A stretch of 64,000 nt of DNA. Origin: Octopus vulgaris. Taxonomy: Eukaryota. Below are positions 1-12,439 of the stretch, piece after piece (position 1 is the stretch's first letter; each line of letters begins with the position of its first letter). The position numbers were made by a program, and so were the translations under genes. The DNA is taken from NCBI GenBank assembly GCA_951406725.2, contig OX597837.1, positions 38,130,001-38,194,000 of the forward strand, written 5' to 3'. The notes under the pieces were generated by a model, which was not told the DNA's origin, searched no databases, and was given only the letters and a program-made list of their open reading frames with translations.

Positions 1-71
1 GTATTGTACCATGGCTATTTTCTTTGCGAATTTATAGAACGATTTCGCGTTTGTTTCTATGCTCTCCTCAA

Positions 72-333
72 AAAGTAAAGTTAACTCTACCTTCTCGAAT
101 CATACCGACTCATAAGGGCCAGTCTCTTGGTTTCCATGGCATATATGAATTCCCCATCTCGACAGGACACCGATCCGCCGAATGCTTACTCATCTTTGCT
201 AGCTGAGTGGACTAGAGAAACGTGAAATGAAGTGTTTTGCTCAAGAACACAACGCGTCGCTCGGTCCAGGAATCGAAACCACAATCTTACGACCATGAGT
301 CCAACACCCAAACCACTAAGCCATGCGCCTCCA
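72..333 (-). mobile_element. tRNA-derived SINE, family C (V-domain-like body)
   Basis: Minus strand reads GGAGGCGCATGGCTTAGTGG (A box)...GGTTTCGATTCC (B box), then GCGTTGTGTTCTTGAGCAAAACACTTCATTTCAC..GTCCACTCAGCT. Related segments recur at 874-963 and 37610-37912. Confidence 0.8.
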
Positions 334-632
334 CAATGCTTTTCACAGCTCTGTTCTCTCTTTCCCCCTCTCTCTCTTCTTTCTTTTTCTTGTGAATGTT
401 TGATTTTGTTTTCAATTCACAGGAGTGTCAGTCTGAAGTTAGACTGTGTGTATATGTAAATCTATAAGAGTCAGCCATCGCCATGCAACAGCCTGTATAG
501 CTAAGTGAAAGCGACCTGTACCGTTCTTTCGCTGATTACTTTATGTGCGTGTGTAGTCAGAAGCAGACAGACACGCTATCAATGCTCTCACCCTTCTATC
601 TAGGGGCACTGGTAGGGGGAGAAAGAGAAAGC

Positions 633-670
<38 letters not shown>

Positions 671-752
671 AGGGAGAGTGGTGGTGTGTAGCTCTACTAG
701 CACTCAGTTTGTACTCAGTTCTTACTGATGTTTAGTGAATTAATTCTTACTT

Positions 753-963
753 AGGCGTGCTTCTCAACTACATGGTTCCGGGTTCAGTCCCACTGCGTGG
801 CACCTTGGGCGAGTGACTTCTACTGTAGCCTCGGGCTGACCAAAGCTTTATGAGTGGATTTGGTAGATTGTGGGTTCGATATCTGGACCGGGCGACGCGT
901 TGTGTTCTTGAGCAAAACACTTCATTTCACGTTGCTCCACTCCACTCAGCTGGCAAAAATGAG
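753..963 (+). mobile_element. Chimeric SINE fragment: family A 5' part (753-870) joined to family C body (874-963)
   Basis: GGTTCAGTCCCACTGCGTGGCACCTTGGGC...GTGGATTTGGTAGA matches the 8936-9324 element. It then switches to GGGTTCGAT..GGACCGGGCGACGCGTTGTGTTCTTGAGC, which matches 72-333. Confidence 0.7.
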
Positions 964-1377
964 TTTAGCCTGGAGAAGGATGAGCTCCGCCAAGTTTCCC
1001 TACCCTAGACACGCTGTATGGCTGCAGCATTCCAGTGGCCCCCAAGGAGTTAAGGGACTTGTCAATTGTCATGTTCGAGAGGTTTTGATCTAAGTGCTTG
1101 GTTTTTCCTTTCTCTCAGAAGAAGGAAAAGATTGATTTTATTTACAAGGGTGGGTCGTCTGCAAAGCATGACATACTCTGGGGATTGGCACTCATGGGAA
1201 TTGAACTTGGGATCTCACGGTAGATTGCACTCGTAATACAAAAGGTAGGGCTTTGTCACGTCCATTCTTTCTGGGAATTACGTTAAGGGTACATGTGTCT
1301 GTCTGTCTGTCTTTATCTATCTATCCATCCATCCATCCATACATCTACCTATCTATATGTCTATCTGCCTGTCTGCC

Positions 1378-1468
<91 letters not shown>

Positions 1469-1473
1469 GTCTG

Positions 1474-1532
<59 letters not shown>

Positions 1533-2374
1533 CGGCATCTCTGGCTCTATGTAGACGACGGTGAACAGGTGTGGTCGCCGTTTGTGAGGCACGCTTTCCC
1601 GCAGCTCGTCTCCATGACCGAACTGCAGTCGTGGATCAAAAAGAGGCCGAGGAAGGGCGAATGGCACCGCGAGTGTCGCGTTGCTCTCAAGCAACTCTGC
1701 CGTCCTGGGTCGACCTTAAGTGACTTCAACACAACCAAAGCATTCTATAGGGGTTTAGTGGAGGGGAGGTACGACGACGAGCTCGGGGCGAACCTGGACG
1801 TCGACGAGGAGTACCTGACCCGCCTGTTCAGGACGACTTTCGGGCCAGGGCCCATGGACAACTTCCAGAGATCCCTGGCCTGGCAGTGCTACCGAGAAGC
1901 GCTACCCGTTCGGGATAAGCTCTACAGACACGGCTCGAGAAACACGGGGCCGACCTGCCCGAGATGCGGTCAGAGCGACGAAACCGTTCTGCACGCACTC
2001 GTTCAGTGTCCAACAATTTCCGACCTGTGGGCTTATGTCGAACAACTGCTGTCACGTGTGGGACGAGTCGGTTTATCAGCTGAGTCTATCGTCAATATTG
2101 TCACGCCTCCTTCCTTCAAACGGGAAGGAAGAGCTATTTTCATCATCCTTGTGGCTATGGCGAAAGAATGTATCTGGTGGACGCGTCTGAAAGGATTGGA
2201 GACAAACACTTTCCTCTCTGGTCAATCTCTCATCAACTTCTTCAAGTACCACTTGAAAAGGAAAGTGAGAGTAGAGAGGCAAGTTTTGTCTAGCGAATGT
2301 TTTAAAAAAGATGGGTGAATGTAGCAAGAATGGCACGTATGAATGACGAAGCCACCTTGAGCATAGTCCTATGA
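1533..2374 (+). pseudogene. C-terminal fragment of LINE ORF2 (post-RT region with CCHC-type zinc knuckle)
   Basis: Non-repetitive part of ORF 1293..2318 (from RHLWLYVDD). One extra A in the A-run at ~2304-2309 would extend the frame to FKKRWVNVARMARMNDEATLSIVL*, with the stop at 2372-2374, giving the F..W end typical of Tx1-like ORF2. There is no start codon or RT domain, so it is non-autonomous. Confidence 0.8.
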
Positions 2375-2766
2375 ACCCAGAAATCGAAAACAGAGAGTTG
2401 CTTATTTGCAAAAAAAAAAAAAAAAAGAAATATAAAATGTGACTTCATTGACCGAGGTTACCGTGGTCTTTTCCGTAGGCTTTTCTTTCCACGGGTAAAC
2501 CTCACCTGTCCTCCCTTTACACTTCATATTGACATTTCTGTGATAACGATCCCTATTGATCAATTTTTTTTTTTTTTTTTTTTCTCTCCCCCTTTTTTTT
2601 AACCCCCTTTTTTTGTCCTCTTTCTCTCCTTTTACGATCCCTTTTGATCGAAACTCCCCCTTCCTTTTTTTTTTTTTTTTTTTTTTTTTAAACCTTCAAA
2701 AGAAAAGCTCTACCTTGTAATTTGTTCTATCTGTGTGCAGCCCTGTGTGGCTAATAAAGAAACATA
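1533..2766 (+). mobile_element. 5'-truncated non-LTR retrotransposon (Tx1/L1-type), 3' end of ORF2 plus 3' UTR, embedded in (TCTA)n
   Basis: GC-rich coding segment with a zf-RVT-like motif (WQCYREALPVRDKL...CPRCGQSDETVLHALVQC). It is followed by a T/C-rich 3' UTR ending CCCTGTGTGGCTAATAAAGAAACATA, with (TCTA)n on both sides. The UTR recurs three more times in the window. Confidence 0.9.
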
Positions 2767-2840
2767 TCTATCTATCTATCTATCTGCTTTCATCTATCTA
2801 TCTGTCTGTCTGTCTGTTTGTCTATCTGTCTGTTTGTCTG

Positions 2841-2899
<59 letters not shown>

Positions 2900-3359
2900 G
2901 TTTGCATCTATCTATCTGTCTGTCTATCTGTCTGTCTACCAAATCTTCCTCCACTCACATCCAACCCAATCCCTCCCCCTCACACTTCCACCCAACCTTC
3001 CTTTCTCCCCCACCGCCCGGCCCTATCACCTCTGCGCTGCCCCCATCTCCAACCCTTTTTACCATTCCATATTCTTATTCACTCCCCCCGCCTCGCCAAC
3101 ACCCTAATTCTCCTTTACTTCCTCAACTTTTCCCTCCTCTCTCTCTAGTATACATATCTCTCCTCCACCACCACCTCCTCCTCCTCCACCTCCTCTTCTT
3201 CCTCCTCCTCCTCCTCCTCCTCCTCATACCCCTTCCTCTATCTCTCCTGCTGTTTATTGTTCTTGTGGTTGTTGTTGTGGTTGCTTGAATCGTCGTTTCT
3301 GTTTTTTTTTTTTTTATAGTTTTTGCATCTCTTAGTCATATCACTCAAACTTTTGTTGC

Positions 3360-5480
3360 CTGGGTGTAGGGCGGGGGTGGGGGAGGAGGAGGAGGAGGGA
3401 TGGCGGGTGGCGGTGGGTGGGGGAGTGACTGGCAGGTGGGGCGGGGCGGGACGGGGGGTGGGCGCGGACGGGGGTGGGTGGGTGGGTGGGTGATGCAAGA
3501 AGGTTGGAAGGTGGGACGGGTCGGAGGTGGTGTGTGGCAGCGGAGGCGGTCGTGTTGGTGGTGGTGGTGGTGTCAGCTGTTCAGTCGCAGTAGTAATCAG
3601 GAGTGATGGTCGTGTCGTGATTGATTGATTGATTATGATGGTGGTTGTGATGATGGTGGTGGTGGTGTATAATAGTGCTGATGGTGGCGGTGCAGTTGTT
3701 GGTGATGGGGATGATAGTAGTAGCAGTATTAGTAGTAGTACTAATGAAAAGTGATGATGTGATTCATGGTGGTTGTGATGGTGTGTTGGAGGGATAGATT
3801 GATGGTAGAGCTGGTAATGGTAGTGGGGGAAGGTAGTGATGGTAATGATGATGATGGTGATGGTGGCGATGGCGATAGTGATGGTGGTGATGGTGGCGAT
3901 GGTGATGGTGGTGATGGAGGCGATGTTGAAGGTGATGGTGGTGATGGCGATGGTGGTGATGGTGGCGATGGTGATGGCGGTGGTGATGGTGACGGTTGTG
4001 ATGGCGGTGATAGTGATTGTGGTGATGGTGATGGTGGTGATGGAGGCGATGTTGAAGGTGATGGTGGTGATGGCGATGGTGGTGATGGTGGCGATGGTGA
4101 TGGCGGTGGTGATGGTGACGGTTGTGATGGCGGTGATAGTGATTGTGGTGATGGTGATGGTGGTGATGGTGACGGTGGTGATGGTGGTGGTGATGGTGGT
4201 GAGGATGATGGCGGTGGTGATGGTGACAGCGTTGATGGTGGTGATAGTGATTGTGGTGATGGTGATGGTGATGGTGATGGTGACGGTGGTGATGGTGGTG
4301 GTGATGGTGGTGATAGTGGTGATGGGGATGGTGATGGTGGTGGTGATGGTGACGGTGGTAATGGTATTGGTGGTGATGGAGGAGGCTGTGATGGTAATGG
4401 TAGTGATGATGGTGTTGGTACTGGTAGTGATGGTGATGGTGGTGATGCTGCTGATGATGGTGGTGGTGATGGTGACGAAGGTTGTGTTCGATAGCGGTGT
4501 GATTTTCGTGTTGATGACGGCAGTAATTGTGATATTTAGTGGCTGTTGTCGGTGTTGTGATCGTTTAGAGAGTGGCATATACAGTAATGATGGTTGCGAT
4601 GTTATCTACGACAGCTGTTATGCTTAGATGATGGTATATGCAGTGGTATCGAAAGGGATGACTGTAGACGCTGAAATAAAATTTAGTATTGGTTGTGGTG
4701 GTGTGGTGGTGGTGGTGGTGGTAGTGAATGTGATAATATTGCTCTTGTTATCGTTCCTGTTGATGTTGGTAACATTAGCAATGGTAAGCTTGTTGCTATT
4801 TATGTATCTATTGCTGCCATTGTTATGGTTGTTGTGGTCGTCGTAGTAGTGGTGGTGTTGGTGGTAGCGGTTAGGGTTGTTGGTGTTGTTGTTGATGGTA
4901 GTGGTGGTGTTGGTGTTAGTAATGGTGTCTTTATTGGTAGTGGTGTTGGTGGTAGTAGTGGTGGTGTTGGTAATGGCGGTGTTGCTGCTGGTAGTGATGT
5001 TGGTGGTGGTGGTGGTTGTGGTGGTGTGGTGGTGGTAGAAGTGGTAGTATTGGTGGTAGTGGGAGTGTTGGTGGTAGTAGTGGTGGTGTTGGTAATGGCG
5101 GTGTTGCTGGTGGTGGTGGTAGTGGTGGTGTTGGTGGTGGTAGAAGTGGTAGTATTGGTGGTAGTGGGAGTGTTGGTGGTAGTAGTGGTGGTGGTGGTAA
5201 TGGCGGTGTTGCTGCCGGTAGTGATGTTGGTGGTGGTTGTTGTGGTGTTGGTGGTGGTCGAAGTAGTATTGGTGGTAGTGAGAGTATTGGTGATAGTAGT
5301 GGTAATGGTCACGATGTTGGTGATGGTAGTGTCGGTGGTAGGGATGGAGTTGGCGGTAGTTTTGGAGTGATAGTGATGATGATAGAAGCGCTGATATTGT
5401 TAGTGTTAGAGATGGTATTTGTGGTGATAGTGGTATTGGTTGCAGTGTCGTTGGTGGTAGTGGTTTCGGTGATTGTGGAA
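3360..5480. repeat. Degenerate (GGT/GAT/AGT)n low-complexity tract with internal 126-bp and 105-bp duplications
   Basis: Triplet-periodic G/T-rich sequence. GGAGGCGATGTTGAAGG occurs at 3916 and 4042, and TAGAAGTGGTAGTATTGG at 5036 and 5141. Confidence 0.9.
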
Positions 5481-6165
5481 TGGTATTTTAGAATGATGGC
5501 AACAACAACAACAACAAAAACGACAACAGAAGACACAACTATGGTTAAAAATCTCCTTAGCATCAAAAATAATGACAACACACAACAACAACAGCATCAA
5601 CAACAACAACAGCTATTTCATTAATTAAAGTAATCAGTCTTTTGAAGGTGACATTAAGAAATAACTAATTAAATAAGTAAATTACATACAACCGGAAGTA
5701 CGAGGTTATCACTCGGTTTCATATCCGGTCGATCAACCAGTCATCCATATTGGATTCCCGTGGACTTTCGCTTTTTTCTTTTACTTTCATTACACGGATT
5801 TGATTACATAGATGTGTACGTGCATGTATGTATGTATGTATTATGTATCTATCTACGACATATATATGTGTATATGCATATATATATATATATATGTATA
5901 TATATATGCATATGTATATATATATATACATATATATATATATGTGTGTGTGTGTTTATTTATGTTATATCTATATGTTAAATATAGTATGATCATGAAT
6001 CGAGACGATAGTATTGTATTTTCTCCTTCATTACGATCGTTTCAACACTACTTGGTTCAAACCCATCATAAATATAAATAGCGTTTGTGAAATATTACAA
6101 TATATTACATCTCGTAAAACAAAATGAGAAAATGCAATACAAAATTCCTTCAGAATATTATGAAA

Positions 6166-6211
<46 letters not shown>

Positions 6212-6247
6212 CACACACATATATCCATATATATGTACATATATATG

Positions 6248-6324
<77 letters not shown>

Positions 6325-6325
<1 letters not shown>

Positions 6326-6378
6326 ATACTTCATCTAGTTTCAGCTCACGAGCTGTGGCTATGATGGGGCACCGCCAT
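6325..6378 (-). mobile_element. SINE/LINE-type 3' tail directly downstream of the 5S copy
   Basis: Minus strand GGCGGTGCCCCATCATAGCCACAGCTCGTGAGCTGAAACTAG is homologous to the family A tail GGCGGTGCTCCAGCATGGCCGCAGTCAAATGACTGAAACAAG (9275-9316). Confidence 0.8.
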
Positions 6379-6389
6379 TATAGAAAGAC

Positions 6390-6496
6390 GTTTACAGCAC
6401 CTAGGTTTCCCAAGCGGTCACCCATCTAAGTACTAACTAGGCTCGACTTTGCTTAACTTCGGTGATCGTACGAGAACTGGTGTTTTCAAAGTGATA
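6390..6496 (-). pseudogene. 5S rRNA-derived copy lacking the first ~10 nt
   Basis: Minus strand TATCACTTTGAAAACACCAGTTCTCGTACGATCACCGAAGTTAAGCAAAGTCGAGCCTAGTTAGTACTTAGATGGGTGACCGCTTGGGAAACCTAGGTGCTGTAAAC follows the metazoan 5S consensus, including box A (AGTTAAGCA) and the box C region (GATGGGTGACC), with scattered substitutions. Confidence 0.92.
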
Positions 6497-6540
6497 CCCA
6501 TATATATGTATATAAGTACACACACACACATTTATATAGG

Positions 6541-6663
6541 AGCAGGCATGGCTCAGTGGTAAGAAGCTTGCTTCCCATCTACATAATTCGGGGTTCAGTC
6601 CCATTGTGGGCTGACCAAAACCTCGTGAATGGATTTGGTAGACGGAAACAGAAAGAAGCCCGT

Positions 6664-6665
<2 letters not shown>
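6541..6665 (+). mobile_element. SINE family A, internally deleted 5' half
   Basis: GCAGGCATGGCTCAGTGGTAAG...GGTTCAGTCCCA...GGATTTGGTAGACGGAAACAGAAAGAAGCCCGT. Confidence 0.75.
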
Positions 6666-6702
<37 letters not shown>

Positions 6703-6705
6703 GTA

Positions 6706-6752
<47 letters not shown>

Positions 6753-6759
6753 ATGTTAT

Positions 6760-7150
6760 GTCATCAGACGGTGTCCAACGTTCATCAGGTGTTTCGACCC
6801 TGAACCGTAACACCTTCCCGTTGATGGGTCAGCAGAGGTGGCCAAGTCACTGCTCCTCATCTCCTCCTGGATTCCAGCCAAACTCTTCTCTCTGGCGAGA
6901 AGAGTTAAGCTGGAATTTGTCAAGCGAAAACATGGCCTGTTTTTAATTGCTTCATTGTTACTAGGAAGTCATCGCTGCCTTCTGATTTTCAAAGAACCTT
7001 CTTCCGTGCCTATGTATCATTATTGCTATTGCCCTTGTTCATTGTTTGTACCAAATACCTGGAATCATGGCGCTTACGTAGATACAGTATACGAACCGTT
7101 CTAAATATCTTCTGGAGAAGGAATCTGACCAAACAGTCTTCTTGCAATAG
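6760..7150 (-). mobile_element. Possible highly decayed Penelope-like 3' end (GIY-YIG endonuclease relic)
   Basis: Minus-strand fragments translate as PGIWYK and YIGTEEGSLKIRRQR, resembling GVVY...YIGxTxRxLxxR. CTGATGA and GAAAC words follow near 6762-6800. The region has multiple frame breaks. Confidence 0.3.
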
Positions 7151-8335
7151 TTAATACAAATTCATATAGACAACTGATATAAAAGCATCAAAGAATAAAT
7201 CCACAGTAATTAAGAGTAAGAGCTGCATTAATAATTATTTTCGAACACTTTATTACGTTGCAGTAGTGTCGAGTTGTTTGTATATTTATAATCATTTGTG
7301 TCTCACACCATTGGACAATGAGAGTCAGTCTGCTTACGTCTCTGTAACTTAGCAGTTCGACAAAAAGTGTTGATAGAATAAATTTGAGATTTAAAAAGAA
7401 AAAAGAATTAATGTTCATTAGTTCGACTAAACCCTTCAAAGCGGTACCCCAGTATGGCCGCAAAAAGATAAAAAATACTACAGAGTTAGGTGAAACGTAA
7501 TCGCCCCAGAAATGATCACGAGAGCAGCAGGTACGTATTTCGCCGTAGTTGCAGGTTTTCAATGTCGCATTGAAGATAAAAGATAAAAGATATCTATATC
7601 ACTTATCTACGATATTAAATATTTACTGATATCTATTTTATCTCCGATATCCGCTGTGCTTTGTTGGATATTACCTAGATATTATCTGCATATCTGATAT
7701 TAATATATATCGTTTTTAATATCAGCATTATATACAATAATATTCTGTGAAGGCGGTGTATGAAATTGTTTTATAAATTCATGCTCCTGTAACGTCTAAT
7801 ATATAGGAGATGAAATATATCACATACACATAGAACGCACTTGACAAAGAAGATATAAATATCACATAGTTACAGGCAATATAGATAACACGAGATAAAT
7901 AATATACATGCTCATATATCTAGCTGGATTTCTAAATTATTAATTCGGTAAACTGTTATTATATAACATATAATGTGCAATCAATATATCTATATGTATT
8001 TACTGTTCTCTCTGTCTCCCTCTCTCTCTCTCTGTATATATATATATATATGAAATTAAGAAGGAGAGAAGGCAAATTCAAAGGCCGATGTATATGTTCA
8101 TTCAATCCATATTAACGAAATTCTCCATGGTATACAATATACATACATAGATGCATTCATCTATATGATATATAAAAAATTTCTAAGAATTTATAAACAC
8201 ATACATATGCACGAAAATTTATAAATATATAAAAATTCATAAATATAAAGATATAAAAAAAATGTAAGTCCATAAATGTACTTGCGAAGTCCGAATGAAG
8301 AGGGTGATAAAGCGGATGTGAAATGATTCATAAGT

Positions 8336-8933
<598 letters not shown>

Positions 8934-8935
8934 AC

Positions 8936-9323
8936 AGGCGCAGGAGTGGCTGTGTGGTAAGTAGCTTGTTTACCAACCACACGGTTCCGGGTTCAGTCCC
9001 ACTGCGTGGCACCTTGGGCAAGTGTCTTCTACTATAGCCTCGAGCCGACCAAAGCCTTGTGGGTGGATTTGGTAGACGGAAACTGAAAGAAGCCCGTCGT
9101 ATATATGTATATATATATATATGTATGCGTGTGTGTTTGTCCCCCTAGCATTGCTTGACAGCCGATGCTGGTGTGTTTACGTCCCCGTCACTTAGCAGTT
9201 CGGCAAAAAGAGACCGATAGAATAAGTCCTGGGCTTACAAAGAATAAGTCCCGGGGTCGAGTTGCTCGATTAAAGGCGGTGCTCCAGCATGGCCGCAGTC
9301 AAATGACTGAAACAAGTAAAAGA

Positions 9324-9324
<1 letters not shown>
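8936..9324 (+). mobile_element. SINE family A, full length (tRNA head, CORE-like GCACCTTGGGCAAGT segment, internal TA/TG microsatellite, stem-loop tail)
   Basis: A box TGGCTGTGTGG, B-box-like GGTTCAGTCCC, tail GGCGGTGCTCCAGCATGGCCGCAGTCAAATGACTGAAACAAGTAAAAGAG. Flanked by (TA)n, with more than ten related copies in the window. Confidence 0.9.
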
Positions 9325-9376
<52 letters not shown>

Positions 9377-9936
9377 AGGTACTCAACACCGTAGGAATGT
9401 ATTATTACTTAAATGGAGCCGAATTAAACTATTTTAAGTAATAATGATATTAATAACAACAACAATAATAGCAAAAATTCTTCCAGTTCACTCATTGTAG
9501 AAATGAGTTGCAACATCACAGGTGCCAAGCTGTATCGGCCCCTTTGCCTTTCCCTTGGATAACATCAGTGGTGTGGAAAGGGGAGGCCGGTATGCATGGG
9601 CGACTGCTGGTCTTCCATAAACAACCTTGCCCGGACTTGTGCCTGGGAGGGTAACTTTCTAGGTGCAATCCCATGGTCAGTCATGACCGGTAGGGGGTCT
9701 CAGATATATGCAAATATATATTTACGTGTTTGTGGGTGTGCATATATGTACACATTTAGAAGCAAGGGAGAAAGATATACAGATACATCACATGATGGAT
9801 AGATTGATCGATAGATACGTAAATAGGTGAATGGTTGAATGTATAGATAGATAATTAAAAATTCAATACATATATAGATAAAGGCAGAGAGATAGACAAA
9901 TAGACAGATAGATAGATAGATAGATAGATAGATTTG

Positions 9937-9968
<32 letters not shown>

Positions 9969-10008
9969 GATAGGTATGTAGATAGATATAAATAGATATG
10001 TAGATAAG

Positions 10009-10042
<34 letters not shown>

Positions 10043-10386
10043 TATAGATAGATAGATAGATAGATATAGTCTTGAATGTTATAAGTATACCAATACAATT
10101 TATAGATTTAAGTACTTGCAGCGAATCTAGTATGACAAGAGATGAGAGGGGAAGAGAAATAGAGAGCTAGATTGATAGAGAGAGCGAGAGCGAAAGAAAG
10201 AGAGATGAAGGGAGAGAAGGAGGGAGAGAGGGAAGGTAGAGAGAGAACGAAAGACAGAGAAAGAATGTTTGCGTGTGTGTGTGTGTGTTGAACATCTGCA
10301 TTCAATCTATGACGCAATTACTCCATATGCACATGCAGACTACATACATATATACACATACATGTATGTATGTATATATATATATG

Positions 10387-10495
<109 letters not shown>

Positions 10496-10802
10496 GTACG
10501 TAATGGAATCAAACGCCATTCTGTTAATCTTCTGTTGCCGTTTTCTATTACTCTTCTATTGCAATTCTATTGCAATTCTATTACCTTTCTATGAATATTC
10601 CAATGCTTTTCAGCTGCTATTCTATTGCCATTGTATCCCAGTTCCACTGCCTTTCTATTACTGCTCAATGCACACAGATATGTCGTCCAAATGTTTAAGA
10701 AAATCATTTGACAATCACGAGGTTCCAATTTTGAAGCCATTGTATATACTACCCGGGCCTGTAAGGGTCTTTTATTATATCATTATATGCAAGAATTAAT
10801 AT

Positions 10803-11389
10803 ATATTTCTGCTCTAGGCACAAGGGCCGAAATTTTTGGGGAGGAGGGATCAGTCGATTAGATCGACCCCAGTACGCAATGATACTTAATTTATCGACCC
10901 CGAAAGGATGAAAGACAAAGTCGACCTCGGCGGAGTTTGAACTCAGAACGTAGCAGCAGACGAAATACCTATGTCTTTACTACCCACAAGGGGCTAAACA
11001 TAGAAGGGGACAAACAAGGACAGACAAACGGATTAAGTCGATTATATCGACCCCAGTGCGTAACTGGTACTTATTTAATCGACTGCCGAAAGGATGAAAG
11101 GCAAAGGCGATCTCGGAAGAATTTGAACTCAGAACGTAAAGACAGATGAAATACCTATTTCTTTACTACCCACAAGGAGCTAAACACAGAGAGGACAAAC
11201 AGGGACAGACAAACGGATTAAGTCGATTACATCGACCCCAGTGCGTAACTGGTACTTATTTAATCGACCACCGAAAGGATGAAAGGCAAAGACGACCTCG
11301 GCGGAATTTGAACTCAGAACGTAAAGACAGATGAAATACCGCTAAGCATCTCGCCTGGCGTGCTAACGTTTCTGCCAGCCTGCTGCCTT
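10803..11389 (-). mobile_element. SINE family B (Meta-domain-like core) with internal tandem duplication
   Basis: Minus strand core GAGTTCAAATTCCGCCGAGGTCGACTTTGCCTTTCATCCTTTCGGGGTCGAT..AAGTACCAG occurs three times at ~185-190-bp spacing. Confidence 0.85.
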
Positions 11390-11417
11390 ATGAAAACATT
11401 AATATGAAGGGTTTGTT

Positions 11418-12097
11418 AGGCGGTTCGCTGGCAGAATCGTTAGCGCACAGGGAAAAGTGCTCATCGGTGTTTCGTCCGAATTTACGTCCCGTGTTCAAAT
11501 TCCGTCGAGGTCGACTTTACTTTTCATTCTTTCAGGGCCGATAATACAAGTGTCAGATGAACACTGGGGCCATTTAATCGATTCTGCCCCTCCCTCAAAC
11601 CTACTGGATTTATGCCAAAATTTAAAACCATTATTATTGTTATTGTTAAAATGACGCGCTGGCAGAATCGTTAGCACGCCGGGCAAAATTCTTAGCATGT
11701 CGTCCGTCTTTTTGTTTTGAGTTCAAGTTCAGCCGAGTTTGACTTTGCCTTTTATTCTTTTGGGGTCGACAAATGAAGTACCAGTTGAGTACTGGGGTCG
11801 ATCTAATCGACCTACACCCCACCCCCAATTTCAGGCCTTGTGCCTTTAGTAGAAAGGATTATTATTATTTTTGTTCTTGATTCTATTATTCAGAATCGTT
11901 AGCATACAGGACAGAGTGCATAGCAGCATTTCGGGCGTCTTTTCGTTCTGAGGTCAAATTCCGCCGAGGTCGACTTTGCCTTTAATCCTTTCGCGGTCGA
12001 TAACATAAGTACCCGTCAAGTACAGGCCTTCTATATAACCGACTTTCCTTATCCCTTCCAAAAACTGCTGGCCCTGAGTCAAAATTTGGAAATCATT
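11418..12097 (+). mobile_element. Three head-to-tail SINE family B copies (~11418-11632, 11655-11860, 11891-12097)
   Basis: Each begins (GCTGG)CAGAATCGTTAGC and contains a TCAAATTCCG.CGAGGTCGACTTT-like core. The first two end in short (TTA)n. Confidence 0.85.
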
Positions 12098-12171
12098 AAG
12101 GTTTTTAGGCTGGAGTCAGTTCTACCTGACGAATTGTTCTTGTTAATAAAATATTCGCTTTTGTCACATAC

Positions 12172-12386
12172 TCTTTACTCTTTTATTAGTTTCAGTCATT
12201 TGACTGCGGCCATGCTGGAGCACCGCCTTTAATCGAGCAACTCGACCCCGGGACTTATTCTTTTTGTAAGCCCAGTACTTATTCTATCGGTCTCTTTTGC
12301 CGAACCGCTAAGTGACGGGGACATAAACACACCAGCATCGGTTGTCAAGCAATGCTAGGGGGACAAACACAGACACTCAAACATAC

Positions 12387-12439
<53 letters not shown>

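Noticed and set aside
1293-1532. N-terminal part of the 341-aa ORF (YLSI repeats)
   Set aside because: This is translation of (TCTA)n. Only the part from ~1533 is real LINE coding sequence.
3238-5624. Long ORFs (446, 263, 242, 225 aa) resembling mucin or Gly/Asp-rich proteins
   Set aside because: Overlapping ORFs in several frames on both strands arise from stop-poor GGT/GAT triplet repeats. No domain or splice context is evident.
6390-6496. Functional 5S rRNA gene
   Set aside because: The 5' end is missing, there are several substitutions, there is no clean T-run terminator, it is not in an array, and it is fused to a retro-tail.
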